A stretch of DNA of 64,000 nucleotides from Azolla caroliniana (Eukaryota; Plantae; Polypodiophyta). The translations under genes were made by a program, and so were the position numbers. The notes under the pieces are model-generated. The model was not told the origin of the DNA and did no database searches. It was given only the letters and a program-made list of their open reading frames with translations. Within the stretch, counting starts at the first letter, position 1, and each line of letters starts with the position of its first letter. Shown piece by piece: positions 24,181-36,558 of the stretch. The stretch spans positions 2,914,001 through 2,978,000 of the forward strand of contig JBHGNT010000012.1 in the NCBI GenBank assembly GCA_043228905.1, written 5' to 3'.

Positions 24181-24762
24181 CTCTACCTCCCCTCCCTTCT
24201 CACTCCACGCTCTGCAGCACTCCTTCCCCCCTCCCCGCTCACACTATTCCTCCCCTCCCCCCCCCCAATCTCTGTTCGTGGCTTTCTCCCACCCTCAGCG
24301 TCCTCGCCCCTACTCCACCGGTTGCCTGCCCCGGTCGCCGCCTCGCCTCCTCCACACCTTGATTTCCCACGCTTCGAGTAGGCCCTTTCCCCCCCCCCCC
24401 CCCCTCTCTCGTTTTGACACACCACGCTGCACTCCCCACGTGTGCCGAACCTGCCCTTCGTTCCTCTGCAGGAGGCCATGGCCGACGCCACGACGTTGTC
24501 CTCCTCCTCCTGTCACCGGCACACTACGGGCCTCCCAGCCGTGGCGACCATAGCCGACACACTACGTCTACACTCCCCCCGTGGCGGCCATAGTCGTTGC
24601 CCCGTCGCCGCCGCCCCTCCTCGTGGCGCTGCCCGTCCACACTGCCCCACTGTCCCGACGTTTTTTTTCTCTCTTTCGTTCCCCCCGAGGTGGCCGCGAC
24701 AGCCGCCTTGTCGTTTCACCCTCCCCACGTCGTTGGCCGTTTGCAGCCCACTCCACCTCGTG

Positions 24763-25105
24763 GTTCGAGGGACCCAACCCCTCGAACTACCCATTGTTCA
24801 AGGGGCCCAACCCCTCGAATCACCCAATGTTCGAGGGGCCCAACCCCTCGAACTACCCGTTGTTCGAGGAGTCCAACCCCTCAAACCACACCCAGCCCAA
24901 CCTCCCGAACTACACAGTGTTCGAGGGGCCCAACCCCTCAAACCACACCCAGGCCAACCTCCCGAACTACACAGCGTTCGAGGGGTCCAACCCCTCGAAC
25001 TACACAGTGTTCACGGGGCCCAACTCCTCGAACCACACCCAGCCCAACCCCTCGAACTACACAGTGTTCGAGGGGCCCAACCCCTCGAACTACCCATTGT
25101 TCGAG
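24763..25105. repeat. Tandem array of 33-bp hairpin repeats with 24-bp half-unit inserts
   Basis: GTTCGAGGGG-cccaa-CCCCTCGAAC units at about 24763, 24796, 24829, 24862, 24919, 24976, 25009 and 25066. Confidence 0.9.
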
Positions 25106-25163
25106 AAGTATCCTTGAGTGTACGGAATTGATCCAGGAGCTGATTCACAACCACATTTACCTA

Positions 25164-25184
25164 TACTAATATTTTTCCTCGCAG
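25164..25184 (+). promoter_or_regulatory. Putative 3' splice acceptor for the extra ORF of B
   Basis: TACTAAT branch-like motif, then TTTTTCCTC, then GCAG|G; ATG follows at 25195. Confidence 0.6.
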
Positions 25185-25194
25185 GTTGCCAACG

Positions 25195-28068
25195 ATGACG
25201 CCTCCCCAATTCATCAAACTCCTCCACGCATACTACCCCGACGCAGGGTGCGATTCCTTAGTCATTCCAACGGTGTTCAACAATACCCGATGTACTTACC
25301 AGGTTCCCACGGCCACCACGCAGCTCAAGTACCTCGAACCCGACGTGTTCGCCACTCTCTCACGACTTGGCCTCAAGTTCTTCCTTGGGATCGGGCCGTG
25401 GGGCGTCCTACCCGAACTGGTCAACCGTTTCCTCATCGGGTACAACCCCGATACGGGCCATGTCGATATGCAGCCTTTCGCAGACTCCCCCCCCCCCCCG
25501 TCGCATTCTAGTTCACCGCGGCCGACGTTTGTGCTACGCTGCATTTACCCCTCGAGGGCACCCCCTTCCGCACCACGAGGACCTCGGGGGTTGTCCTCGG
25601 CATCATTCTTATCGCCTACGCCGAATATTCTGGACGCGAAGGGTGGCGTTACACTGAAATCCCTCTCCATCTCCACGACCGTTGTAGCGCCATTGCCCAA
25701 ATTGGTGACACCGCATCTACCGATGCCACCACTCGTATCACCAGTGAGTACCTCAAGTGGGCACATGATCCGCAACCGGTCCAATGGGCTCACGAGCTTG
25801 TTCGTCGGGTCCGAGAATGGCACACACGGCCCAAATCGACTGTCAATTTCGCGTGGTTCCTCACCCGCTACTTGTGCGCAAAGTTCAGCATCGGACCCCC
25901 CGCCCCTCCCTTCGTACGCTGCCAAGAACGCTTCCGCAAAATCACTGTCCCAGGCCAACTCGAACGCCTTCGTCTCCCCGAACGCGACTTTTTACGACAG
26001 ATACACCAAGGTGAACAAGCACAGCCACCAGCACACAAACAATCACCCACGTGTCAGCCGAAGCTAACCTCGACACCCCTAAGGATATCACGAATCGTGT
26101 CAAGGAATTCCAGACACACGAGTTCACCCCCACCGAAATCCAGGCCTTGTCCACCACTTTCCACTATGTGTCACATCAGACCACAACCATGACTCCGCGT
26201 TCCCGCAGCTGCACCACTGAGTCAATCTTGCGCGACCAACGGAACCCGCCAACCCCGCCTCCACCCACCTCGCCAACCCCTCCACCCCATGAATCCTCTC
26301 CCCCCGCTCTGGCCACAACTACCCCACCTTTCTCGTCCACCACCACCGACGACACCCCACAACCCTGACCCCATAAACTCGCCCGCCACGCCGCCCCCGA
26401 TCGGCCCCCGACCGCAACCCCGGCAGTTCCCCCCCCAACCCACCAGGCTCGCCCCCACCCAAATGACAACCCCGCTTCCGCCACCCCCCCTCCCGACCTC
26501 CGTGCCCTACTCAACCTCCCTCACTGCAGTTCCTACCCACCCTACCCCCTCCCTCGTCGTTCCCCCCAAACCCTTAACCGACATGGTGGCCGACCTCCTA
26601 AAGATGACTATCGTCGTGAACCGTCGCCTACTTCAAGTTCAGGCACAAGCCCAACAGACCGCCACCAACCAACACAAGACCTCTACACGGAACGAGATCT
26701 TGGTCGCTGAGGTACGGAGCGCCCTCCATACCAACGCATGCCAAGCGGCCGCCCACGGCCTCCTCAAGCAAGAACTCCTGACAACGCAAACCCGACACCA
26801 ACAACTCGCTAACGAATTCCACCAAGCTCGGACAACCTGGCACCACGACCAGGAACGCGCAGCGCAAACACATGCCAAACTTTCGGCCGAGTACGTCCGC
26901 CTCACCACCCAACACCAATTGACCGAGGCCCGCCTCGCAACCGTGACGGTTGATCTCTCCGAACAGTCCGAGGCCCTGGCCGCTACCATGGCCACCACTC
27001 ACCAACTCACGAGCGAGATCACCACCCTCAAGGCTAAACGAGACAGCATGATCCACCAAGTCGAAGTCGCCAATGAATGCAATCGATGTCTCCTTATCAA
27101 ACACCGCCGCCAATGCGTCGACCTCGAAAAGGACATCCTTCAACTCCGCACGTCCAAAGCCGCCCTTGAACACGCCCTCACCCCCGGTGCGACAGACCCC
27201 TCCACTGTTCAAACCCCTCTCCTTACCCTAGCTGGCTCTCCGAATATGATCCAGGCACTCTAGGTGTACGTGACCTCGACCTCCCTGCTCTCCGAACTTT
27301 TCATTGCACCACGCACACCACGCACCCTCCTCATCCAAGCAACGTGCTTCCTTCGGTCGTTAGCCGCCACGCGTCACGTATTCTTTGACGACACCACACC
27401 CCCAAACCGGCAGACCTTCATCCGAGTACTCCCCGAAGACAACCACGCCCTCGCCCTCTTCATGTTATACCAGGAAGCCACCGAAGAACCTGCTCCCCCA
27501 GCCGGCGACCTCTTCCCCCAACACCTCCCCATTTTGTTCCTCGAAGGTATGGCCTACCTTCACACCGCCCTCACCCCCGACTTGGACATGTCTGACCTTA
27601 TCTATTTCACCTACCCTTCTGATGTCACGATGCAAGTCACTGAAGACCGACTGGCCCACCTCTTCACAACATTGGTGCGCTTACACCACATCGCCGACAC
27701 CCTCACCCGCACCCTGTTGGAAAACACAACAACCTCCGTACCGCCTTTCGGTTTCCTCTGGTTAATACGCGCTTGGCAAACCGCTTGGGACATCGGGGTT
27801 TGTACTCACATATTCAGCATCGAATACGCCATGTTCAACTGGCCCACCGACCTCGAGGCTGACAACATACCGGAATTAGCCCTATACCTCAACGTTTCCT
27901 GCGAGTATCAACTCATGACGTTCGATGAGGCTCGTGCTTGTGCTCTCCTACCCCCGCACCCCCCTTCTCCCCCCCTAGAGATCGACCTGGAGGGGGACCA
28001 CGACTCACCTGATGAACCCGACACCCGGCCACCGCCTCGCCCTCGCCCTCCCTCCTCCCCACCTCCAA
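25195..28068 (+). pseudogene. Extra 3' ORF (env position) of gypsy B: Athila-ORF-like N-domain, Pro-rich linker, coiled coil; probably continues at 36880-37350
   Basis: LGLKFFL...LPELVNRFLIGY; after a poly-C frameshift FTAADVCATLHLPLEG...VQWAHEL. ORFs 26289..27263 and 27264+ share one frame across a TAG. Confidence 0.65.
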
Positions 28069-29053
28069 GTCCCGAACGAAGTGATATCGAACTTCGATAT
28101 GCTTGGAGGCGTTGTGAGGAACCGGATTTTTCGATAAAGCAACAACACTCTGACTGTCGGTGTAGACAACTGGAGCCGAGTCGGAGTCGACTTGCCGAAA
28201 TGTGTGCGCCATCCGACGAAGCCATAAAGCTTCTTTCGCTACGTCGGAGGCAGCTACATATTCTGCTTCGGTCGTTGAGGTGGTTGTGCACTCCTGAAGT
28301 TTCGACTTCCACGAGATTGCTCCATTGCCGAATTTAAAGTAATATCCGGTTGTTGACTTGCGACTATCCACACAGCCGGCGAAGTCTGAGTCAGTGTAAC
28401 CGGCTACGCCTGAAGTTGAGTTCGGACCGAAAAGGATGCTGTGGTCTTTTGTGCCAACTAAATATCTGAACACATGCTTAACTGTGTTCCAGTGAGATCG
28501 GCTGGGATTGTGCATAAATCTGTTGATGACTCCTACGGTGTGAGAAATATCAGGCCGTGTCGCGACCATCGCGTACATCAAAGAGCCTACTGCCGGTGCA
28601 TACGGTACCGACTTCATGTCTTCCCCCTCCGGACTGGATGTCGGGCAGTCTCGCTAAGAAAGCCGAAGATGAATGTGGAGCGGGGTCGAAGCAGACTTGG
28701 CCGATTGCATGTTGAAGCGTTCCAAGACACGTCCGATGTAGTCGGTTTGAGACAGAAAAAGTTGTCTTTTGGCGCGATTCCGACTAATCTTCATTCCGAG
28801 TATGTGTCTTGCCGGACCGAGGTCCTTCATGGCAAACTTCAATCGCAGTTTCCGAACGAGTTCGGTGAGCTCTCCGGTATGCCGACCGGAGAGTAGCATG
28901 TCGTCCACGTAGATGATGAGGAAGACGGGAGAACCGTCTTGAGCTATTTTGGTGAAGAGGCAGTGGTCCTCATCACTCTTGGAGAAGCCGACTGACTAGA
29001 TGAAATCGTCGAACTTCTTGTACCACTTTCGGGGTGCCTGTTTTAGGCCGTAG
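28068..29053 (-). pseudogene. RT C-terminal half and RNase H of Copia C
   Basis: YGLKQAPRKWY, YVDDML, MKDLG, VPYAPAVGSLMYAM, YTDSDFAG, STTEAEY, KHIEVRYHFVRD. Confidence 0.92.
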
Positions 29054-29938
29054 AACGAGAAGGAGTCGGAGGCAATACGGTTAACAGCGTTGTGTGAACT
29101 CGAGGAACAACGACTGGCAAGCATCCTGCACTTAGAATTGGAACAATGGCGACGGTAAGCATTTGTCGACCGGCACAGAAAAGGAAATGAAAAAGTGTTC
29201 GCAATCGGCAAGCCGGTGTTAGTATTTCAGACCTGGATGGGCAAGATGCCGAGCAAACTACAGTTTAGATGGACCGGTCCGTATTGGCTGACACGTGAGT
29301 ATAATGGGTCCTACCAGTTAGGGGCACTCGTCGGCCAAGTGCTAGGCAAATGGGTCAACGGATTCCGATTGAAGCCATATAGAGGACCAATGCCCAAGAA
29401 CCCATTTGAGCAAAGGACTGACACCGGTGAGGAAATGGCAACCGGTGAGGGGAACGGCAACCACCAAGACGGAGGAGACGGCAAGCCGGTAACAGGGGAG
29501 AATGAGGCGACGGCAAATCGTAATGAGGCCGGTAAGGGTCCGATAGGACCAACGGAAAACTAACCTCACACAACATTAAAAATAATAAATAAATAAATAA
29601 AAGCGAAGTAATCATGCAAAAGCGAGGTATGAATGGACGAGAGAGCGAGGAGCGAAAAGGTACGTACTGGGCATTTAAGCGCCACCACAGGACATAATGC
29701 TATTTTAGTACACGACATGCACACACTCGAAAAAGGCGCCTGAATGCACAGAGAAAAACCACTGCGCGTGGAGACCCTCTACTTTCGCAAACCCAGGAGC
29801 ACAGAAGCACCAAAGCACTAGAAGATAATTAGACGAGAACCTACGCACAGAGAACCCCCGCCTTCTGAACTCTCTCTCTCTCACTCTCACTCTCATCACC
29901 AGCCAACCTCGCCACCACAATCCGACCTCGACACAGAC

Positions 29939-32740
29939 ATGGACCCGCAAACGCTGTCGGAAGCCGCTAAGAAATGGCTAAAGCAACACGGGCTCGAGGG
30001 CTTCTTGACGATTATGGAGGTACCGCCACACAAAGAAGCCGACAAGGTGATCAAAGAAATCGACACAGAGGTCATAACGACGGAGGCGATCCGTGCGTTA
30101 ACAGGCCTTCCGGAGGGAGGCATACTCACGATTGACAATCCGACCTCGGAGAAACTCATCAAGTATTTTGGTGAGTACTCCCTAGCCAGCAAGGGCTACC
30201 GGACACAGGGCGGCGGAGATATGTTGTTCCGCGAGATTGCTCGTGTACTCCACGAATACGGCCATGTGTACCCTAGACCCCCTGTCATGCCGCAGAACCG
30301 GGCAGGGATGATCATCGCCACCTATGAAGGGATCAAGAGGGATTGGTCAGTATTGATCGCAGACGGTTTGTGTGCGGCGATCGACATTGTCAGAGGAAAA
30401 GATGGCAAAGAAGGCTGAGAAGGACGGAGGATATGGCACACCGTAACGCAGTGGCTCACCTTGCTTGTGCCACTCGTTCAGCCCGTCCAGCCCAAGAAGC
30501 GGGGAAGAGTGGCGGACGACACCCCAAAGACTGCATCCAAAAGACAACAGTTGTTGGCCTCTAAGGCCACTAAGGGGAAGGCGGCGGACACAGAACAGGC
30601 GGGAAAGGAGAGTGCCAGCCGGAAGCGGCCAACGGATGCGCAGGAGGAACCACCGGTACGGCCCGTAAAGGTTACACTCCGCCGACCAGTGAATAGAGAA
30701 GCGGACCCCTTGGCCGCAAAACTCAATGCCGGGACTCAGGAAGAGGAAATAGAGGAGGAGCCTACGGAGCACCTCCAGCAACGGTCGTCGGCAAGGACCG
30801 TTGAGGCAGCCGGGAAACGTTTGGACCCTCAGACGGAGGGAACACCGGCTCCCCATACTGAGACTCCCACGCCAAGGGAGGAACCGAAACCGATGCGCAT
30901 GGCACCGGAATCAGAAGCCCCTACACCACCGGCAGCACCAGCAAGTCCCATTCCGCCAGAGCCGGAAAGGTCAATACAGCCTCCCTCAGCCAACCAAGAA
31001 GAAGCGCGAGGGGAACCAGGACAGTAGGGTGGTCCACGGGCAGAAACGGAATTGCAACTCGGCGCAATCAGGCGGGACCACCCATCTACAAGCGAATCCA
31101 TCTGTCAAACCTCCGTGCAAGCACAACAACAATGCACCGGTAGCCTGTGGCTCCGGTGGATAGGCGAACAGATTGCCGGAGCAGTGGGGTATATTGAGGC
31201 GGAAGAAAGGGCGCAAAGCGAACAGTTGCTCGTCACAACCGAACAACTAGAGACGGCCCGATCCAGAATCCGGTGCCTTGAAAAAGACTTGGATCAGGTC
31301 ACGACAGAGATGGCCAAAATGGCCTTAACGGCAACACAGATCCAAACATCGGTGACTCCGGTAAGTGTACAGAATAAAGAAACAAATCAACCTATACATA
31401 CCAATAAGACCCCGGCAACGGAAACCGTTCCAGAGAGAGATGCGGCGCAAGCCCAGGAGCTTGCGGAATTGAGAGATGAACTTGCCGCACAAGAAGCGCT
31501 AAGGAGACGGGAACGGGAATTGAAGACAGCGGCCGAAGCATAATTAAAGAAGACTGCTGAGAACCTCCGCCGGGCAGAGGAGAGCCTCCGGAAAGGCCAT
31601 CAAGCGTACGACCGGCTAAAGGAGGAAAAAGACAAAGTGTTGCAGGAAAAGGACAAGTTGCGGAAGACGGCGGAAACGGAAATTGAACGGCTAAAGGAAG
31701 AGCTCCGCCAGCAGAAGGACCGCGAGGACCGGGCCCGTCGACAGATCAACGCACGGCTCAAGCAAAAGACAGATGATTTTGAGCACCTGCACCGGGACTA
31801 CAAACGGCTGGAAACGGAGCATAAGGAACGGATGGCCGAGCTCCAGTAGGAAGTTGATCGGGCCGCGACGGCGATCACCAACGAACGTGCGGAAAATACA
31901 AGACGGTTGGACGAGGCGGAGAAGGTCCGAATGGAGCTCCAGAGGCAGCAGCAGGAAGAAAAGGAGAGAGCGTCAATGGTATTGCAGAAATTACAAAGCA
32001 CATATCAAAGGCAATTGACGCATTACAAGGAGCAGGCGGAAGACAACGTCAAAATCATCAAGCAATTGAAGGAGGAACGGCAAGCGACGGAGATCAAATC
32101 GCAATTGGGAATGGGCCGGATTCAGTGCATCCTCCGGGCATGGCTAAATCAGACAAAACGCTTGATTGACGAAAGCTCCGTAAGATGGTGGACAAAGTGG
32201 GCACAAAATGCGGCTGAACTCCAATTGCTACGAGCAGACGTGGCAAACCGGCAGAAGGAAGGAGATGATTATTACACGTTGACTTCCGAGGACTTCACCG
32301 TCATACGGGACGAGCTGGTCGAAGACTTCCAAGTCCTAGCAGATGAACAGTTGGCGCAGGTCTGGCAACTCGTAGCTCAACTAGACGATGATAGGCTGGA
32401 CGCTCAAATCCAGTTTGAAAGCTACGAGCGGTCCCGGGTTCGGGAAGAAAAAGCACGGGAAGCGGCAACGGTTAACCTTAGTGATGACGACCCGTCGCCG
32501 GCCGAGGGCCAGGCCGAAACCAGTCAACCGGAGACCACTACGACGGAGGGAGTAACGACGGAAACGCCGGTGTCAGAGCAACAAACGGAGGAGCAGTCGT
32601 AGCAGCCACCAAAGGACCAGTCGCAGCAGCCATCAACAGAGCAGCAATAGCAGCAGCAACAACCACAACAACAACCAATTCCAGATGAATCATTGGAGAC
32701 TCTCGAACAAAGCATTCTGGATATTTTGGATGAAGAATAG
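29939..32740 (+). pseudogene. Extra sense ORF (~930 codons) of gypsy D with a long coiled coil
   Basis: ORFs 29939, 30461, 31052, 31637 and 31907 share one frame, broken only by stops; N-domain ITTEAIRALTGLPEGG...RDWSVLI; E/K/R/Q-rich heptads. Confidence 0.75.
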
Positions 32741-32764
32741 CAAGGGTCGGATGGTGGATTCGAC

Positions 32765-33230
32765 GTACAAGGTACTGTCCCACGAGCGTGCCATGTGTTA
32801 CCGGCCGGCAAAGGAGTCCAGAGTGTGAAACAAAGGAGTTATTTAATTATTAGGAATGGTTGTATGTAAGCTATTAGTAGTGTGGACGGACGGACCGGAA
32901 TCGGTATGCCGTTCCGGATCCGGACCGATCCCGAACAGGTGCGGATGGCACCGTTTTGTACAACAGACCGGAAACCTATTTAAAGGCCCGGATACAATGT
33001 AATGAGCAGCGGTTAATTAATAAAGATTAGCATTTTTATCTCTGTGTTAATTGCCATTCTGCATTCATTGTTATATCTTACGCGTGTGATTATTAAGGAC
33101 AATCTTGCTAAGTAACCTAATTAAGTCGGATTAATCGTTGAGTCTAATCATGTTGCCGTAACACCCCTTTGGTGAAGTGTCTTCCGTAGACACCCTGTAT
33201 TAGGCCATTGTCCGGCCCTAAGAGTTAACA
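32765..33230 (+). repeat. Probable 3' LTR of gypsy D (left boundary approximate)
   Basis: Follows purine-rich GGATGGTGGA; contains TATTTAA and AATAAA; ends in CA. No partner LTR in the window. Confidence 0.5.
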
Positions 33231-35852
33231 TCGGACGTCTCCTTTAGTCTATAGACCCACTTGCAAGGAAGAGCACGTCGATTCTTCGGTAAGTCGACCA
33301 GATCCCAAGTCTTGTTGGCGCGGATGGAGTGCATTTCCGACTCCATTGCCAGATGCCAGGTGGCTGAATCGGCAGCTGCCGATGCTTCTTCGTAGGACGT
33401 CGGTTCGCCGGCGTCAATGAAGAAAATTCCGGGAGAGTACCTCTCCGGAGGTTGCGACTGTCTCTCAGATCTTCGAGGTATGACTGGACTGGTCGCACCG
33501 GGTGTCGATGTCGGATGGTCGGAAGCTGAGCCATTCGGCTGTGCCGAATCTGTGGATTCGGTGCGAGAGAAGTCGGATACCCGTGAAACCGGTCTCGTGT
33601 TGTGTGTTGGGCCGTCATGAAGGGTTGGCACTTCGGAAAATATTACCCTTCGGACTTCAATAGGCCTTTCGGCCGTTTTGTGCATAATCGACTCGTTGAA
33701 CACGACATCTGAACTTCGGACAATTTGCCTGTGCTCGGGGTCCCAGAGTCGGTATCTGATCTCGCCGTCGGGTCCGTACCCGAGGAAAACGCATTTCCTT
33801 GATCTCGGTTCGAGCTTTCGGCGGTCGTCTTTCGGTATGAGGGCGTATGCCTCGCAACCAAAAATCCTCAGCTTATCATAATTCGGCTTTCTGCCGGTCC
33901 ATATTTCCTGAGGTATCTTAAGTCCTAGAGGTCTACTTGGCGACATATTGATTATGTGTACTGTCGTGAGTAGAGCCTCTGCCCAGAAGCCATCCGACAG
34001 TCCGGAGTGTTGGAGCATGGATACAACGCGTTCTTGAATCGTTTGATTCATGCGTTCTGCGATTCCGTTCTGCTCCAGACTATATGGTGCCGTATATTCC
34101 CGTCTAATGCCGCGTTCTCGGCAAAATTTGACGAATTCATCGGATTTGAACTCACCTCCATTGTCGGTTCGGAGACACTTCAGTTTCCGACCGGTTTGGT
34201 TTTCGACCATTGCGAGCCAATCTGAGAAGATCGAGAACACCCGATCTTTGGTTCTGATGGGGTAAGCCCACGCCTTCCGAGTCGAGTCGTCAATGAAACT
34301 GACGAAGTACGAGGCACCACCGAGTGACTGATGTGGCATCGGGCCACAGACGTCCGAGTGGACCAAATCGAGCGGGCTCAACTCTCTTGGTGCTGATGTC
34401 GGGTGTGATGCGGCTACCTGTTTGCCGTACTGGCAATGCTCGCAAAACTGATGGTCCGAGAAGGAGAGTTTCGGGATGTATCCGGCTCTGGATAGGTGCG
34501 TGATGCCGACCTTGCTGAGGTGTCCAAGTCGTCCATGCCATAAGGATGACACAGGGATATCTACCAGAAATAAGTCACTCTCTGAGTGTGACATACAAAG
34601 GGTACAATGAGTGTACCTTTGGTCCTCTAGCAAGCAAGAGGTTCCCTCTGTGGAGTGTCCACCCTCCTGATGAGAAACTAGCACAGATGCCAGCTTCATC
34701 AAGTTGTCCGACTAAGATCAAGGGTCGTGAGAGCTCAGGAACGTGTCGGACGTTATGTAGTATGAGTGTAGAGCCACTCGGAAGGTTGAGCTCTACGGTG
34801 CTGATTCCGATGATAGCATAGTGCTGCGAATTTCCGACTCGAACTGAGTCGGAGTGCCGGTCCGAATATTGCCGAAACTGTGATCGGTGAGGTGTCACGT
34901 GATACGACGCGCCCAAGTCTAGAAGCCATGTGCTCGATTCCTCAGTCGTAAGCAGAACTTCTGATTCGATTGGATTCTCTATGGACAATATGTTCGGGTC
35001 GGTCGTCAATATCTCGGCTGAAGAGCCGACGTAGTTGACTTCCTCATGTTGATTACTCCTCTGTTCAACTCTCTGAGCTTTGTCTGTCTTTGACTTGAGT
35101 ACCCGACAGTCGGCCTTGATGTGTCCCGGTTTCTTGCATTAGTTGCAGATTCGGGTTTCCCGGGACTTGCTGCGGCTTCGCTGATTTGTCGGCGGTCGGG
35201 AAGAACTTCTTCCCCGGTTGTTCGATCGGTCGGTCGAACCTTGTACTACATAGGCTTCTTCTGCCGAGTCTTTGGTGAAACACTTTCTCCGAGCTGCTTC
35301 AGTCAGGATTGCACTTGTGACTTCGGAGTACTTGATGGCAGTCGTAGAAGCGTTGCACACAGTTGTAACGAAGGTTTCCCAAGAGGAGGGGAGATTGCTC
35401 ATGAGTATCATTGCTCTGAGTTCATCCTCGATTGTCGTCCCCTGTGACGAGATTTGGGAGCTCAAACTTTCGTACTCGTTAAGGTGTGCATGAACCGAAT
35501 CGGAGTCTTTCATCCGCAGGTTGTAGAGGCGCCGGATCAAATACATCTTCGTTGAGGCGACCTTCTTTTCGTAGGTTTCCGACAGCTTCTTCCAAAGTTC
35601 GAAGGTTGTCATGCACGATTTCACTGTGAAGTACACTGACTCTGACAGGTGCATCCGAATCGTGGCGCGAATGATTCTGTCCAGCTTTTGCCACTCATTT
35701 GCCTTGTATATTTCTGGAGCAGTTTCATTCTCAATCGGATCGATCTGACCCTTGACTATAAGATAGTCCTGCATTTGCTCCTTCCAAAAATTGAAGTTCG
35801 AACCGTCGAACCTCCTTAGACTCATTTCCGATGAGCCGGATGTTGATGCCAT
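33231..35852 (-). pseudogene. gag-protease-integrase and RT start of Copia C
   Basis: FDGSNFNFWKEQM, CN*CKKPGHIKADC, WLLDLGASYH, LWHGRLGH, VHSDVCGP, RTDNGGEF, QNGIAERMN, CKWVYRLK. Confidence 0.93.
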
Positions 35853-36544
35853 CAGATTCGGTTTCAGTTGACGAAGCTCGGTTCGGAGTTGACTACGAAC
35901 CTTGTTGGAGTGCAGCCGGTCGGCTCACCCAATATCGTTCTAGTCGGATTTGAACCCGAGTCGATTCGGTTTCGGATATATGTATTGTTGAACTTTCTCG
36001 AATTGACTCCGGTAACTCGAGGGACAGAACTGACTAGTCTTCCCGAATGTTACCGAGTCAGAGTGAGCCCAGTTCGCTTCCGAATATATATGCCAAATAC
36101 CGATTATTGAAACCGATTGTCTGGACCGATTCTGCTTCGGGTGACTGCAACGACGAGAGAGACGGATCCAATTGATTCTCCCGAATGTCGATCAGCCGGA
36201 TGAGGCACGAATTGGGGTTGTTGTCTTGAGACCGATTTGCACCGAGTGGTTACAACGGGCGGCGAGCAGCGTTCGGTGACCTGTTCGGATGCCGTTTAAC
36301 CGAGTGGAGCACGATCGTGTCAATGTTGCACAAGGGGATTTCACCTCAAGCGGTTACGATCACGAGGAACAAAGTACGGCCAGCTGGCTTACTCCAAGCG
36401 AAGATGATCTAACACGATGAGATGCAAGCCTCGTTTTTCTTCTTCTTCTCTCTTCTCTATTTCTTCAAATACAAAACAAAAAAAACAGAATGTTGTGATC
36501 CAAATATTCGAATGGCGGCCGGCAATGGGATGAAGGACATCCAA

Positions 36545-36556
36545 GCTTTGATACCA
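36545..36556 (-). promoter_or_regulatory. PBS of Copia C (tRNA-iMet)
   Basis: Minus strand TGGTATCAAAGC, close to canonical TGGTATCAGAGC, 2 nt from the LTR. Confidence 0.85.
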
Positions 36557-36558
36557 AA

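Larger units (their letters stand above)
29054..33230 (+). mobile_element. 3' half of Ty3/gypsy element D nested in the Copia C RT
   Basis: Integrase C-terminus KLQFRWTGPY...VNGFRLKPY, then a long extra ORF and a probable 3' LTR ending GTTAACA at 33230, where Copia RT (YRLKETSD) resumes. Confidence 0.8.

Noticed and set aside
23849-24553. Phe/Tyr/Ile-rich 'membrane protein' as an env candidate
   Set aside because: Translation of the (TTTTA)n low-complexity tract.
24763-25105. CRISPR-like palindromic repeat array
   Set aside because: Linkers are about 8 bp and repetitive rather than unique spacers; no cas genes; eukaryotic TE context.
27264-28337. 357-aa ORF as a complete gene
   Set aside because: Its last ~90 codons run into antisense Copia RNase H sequence; chimeric.
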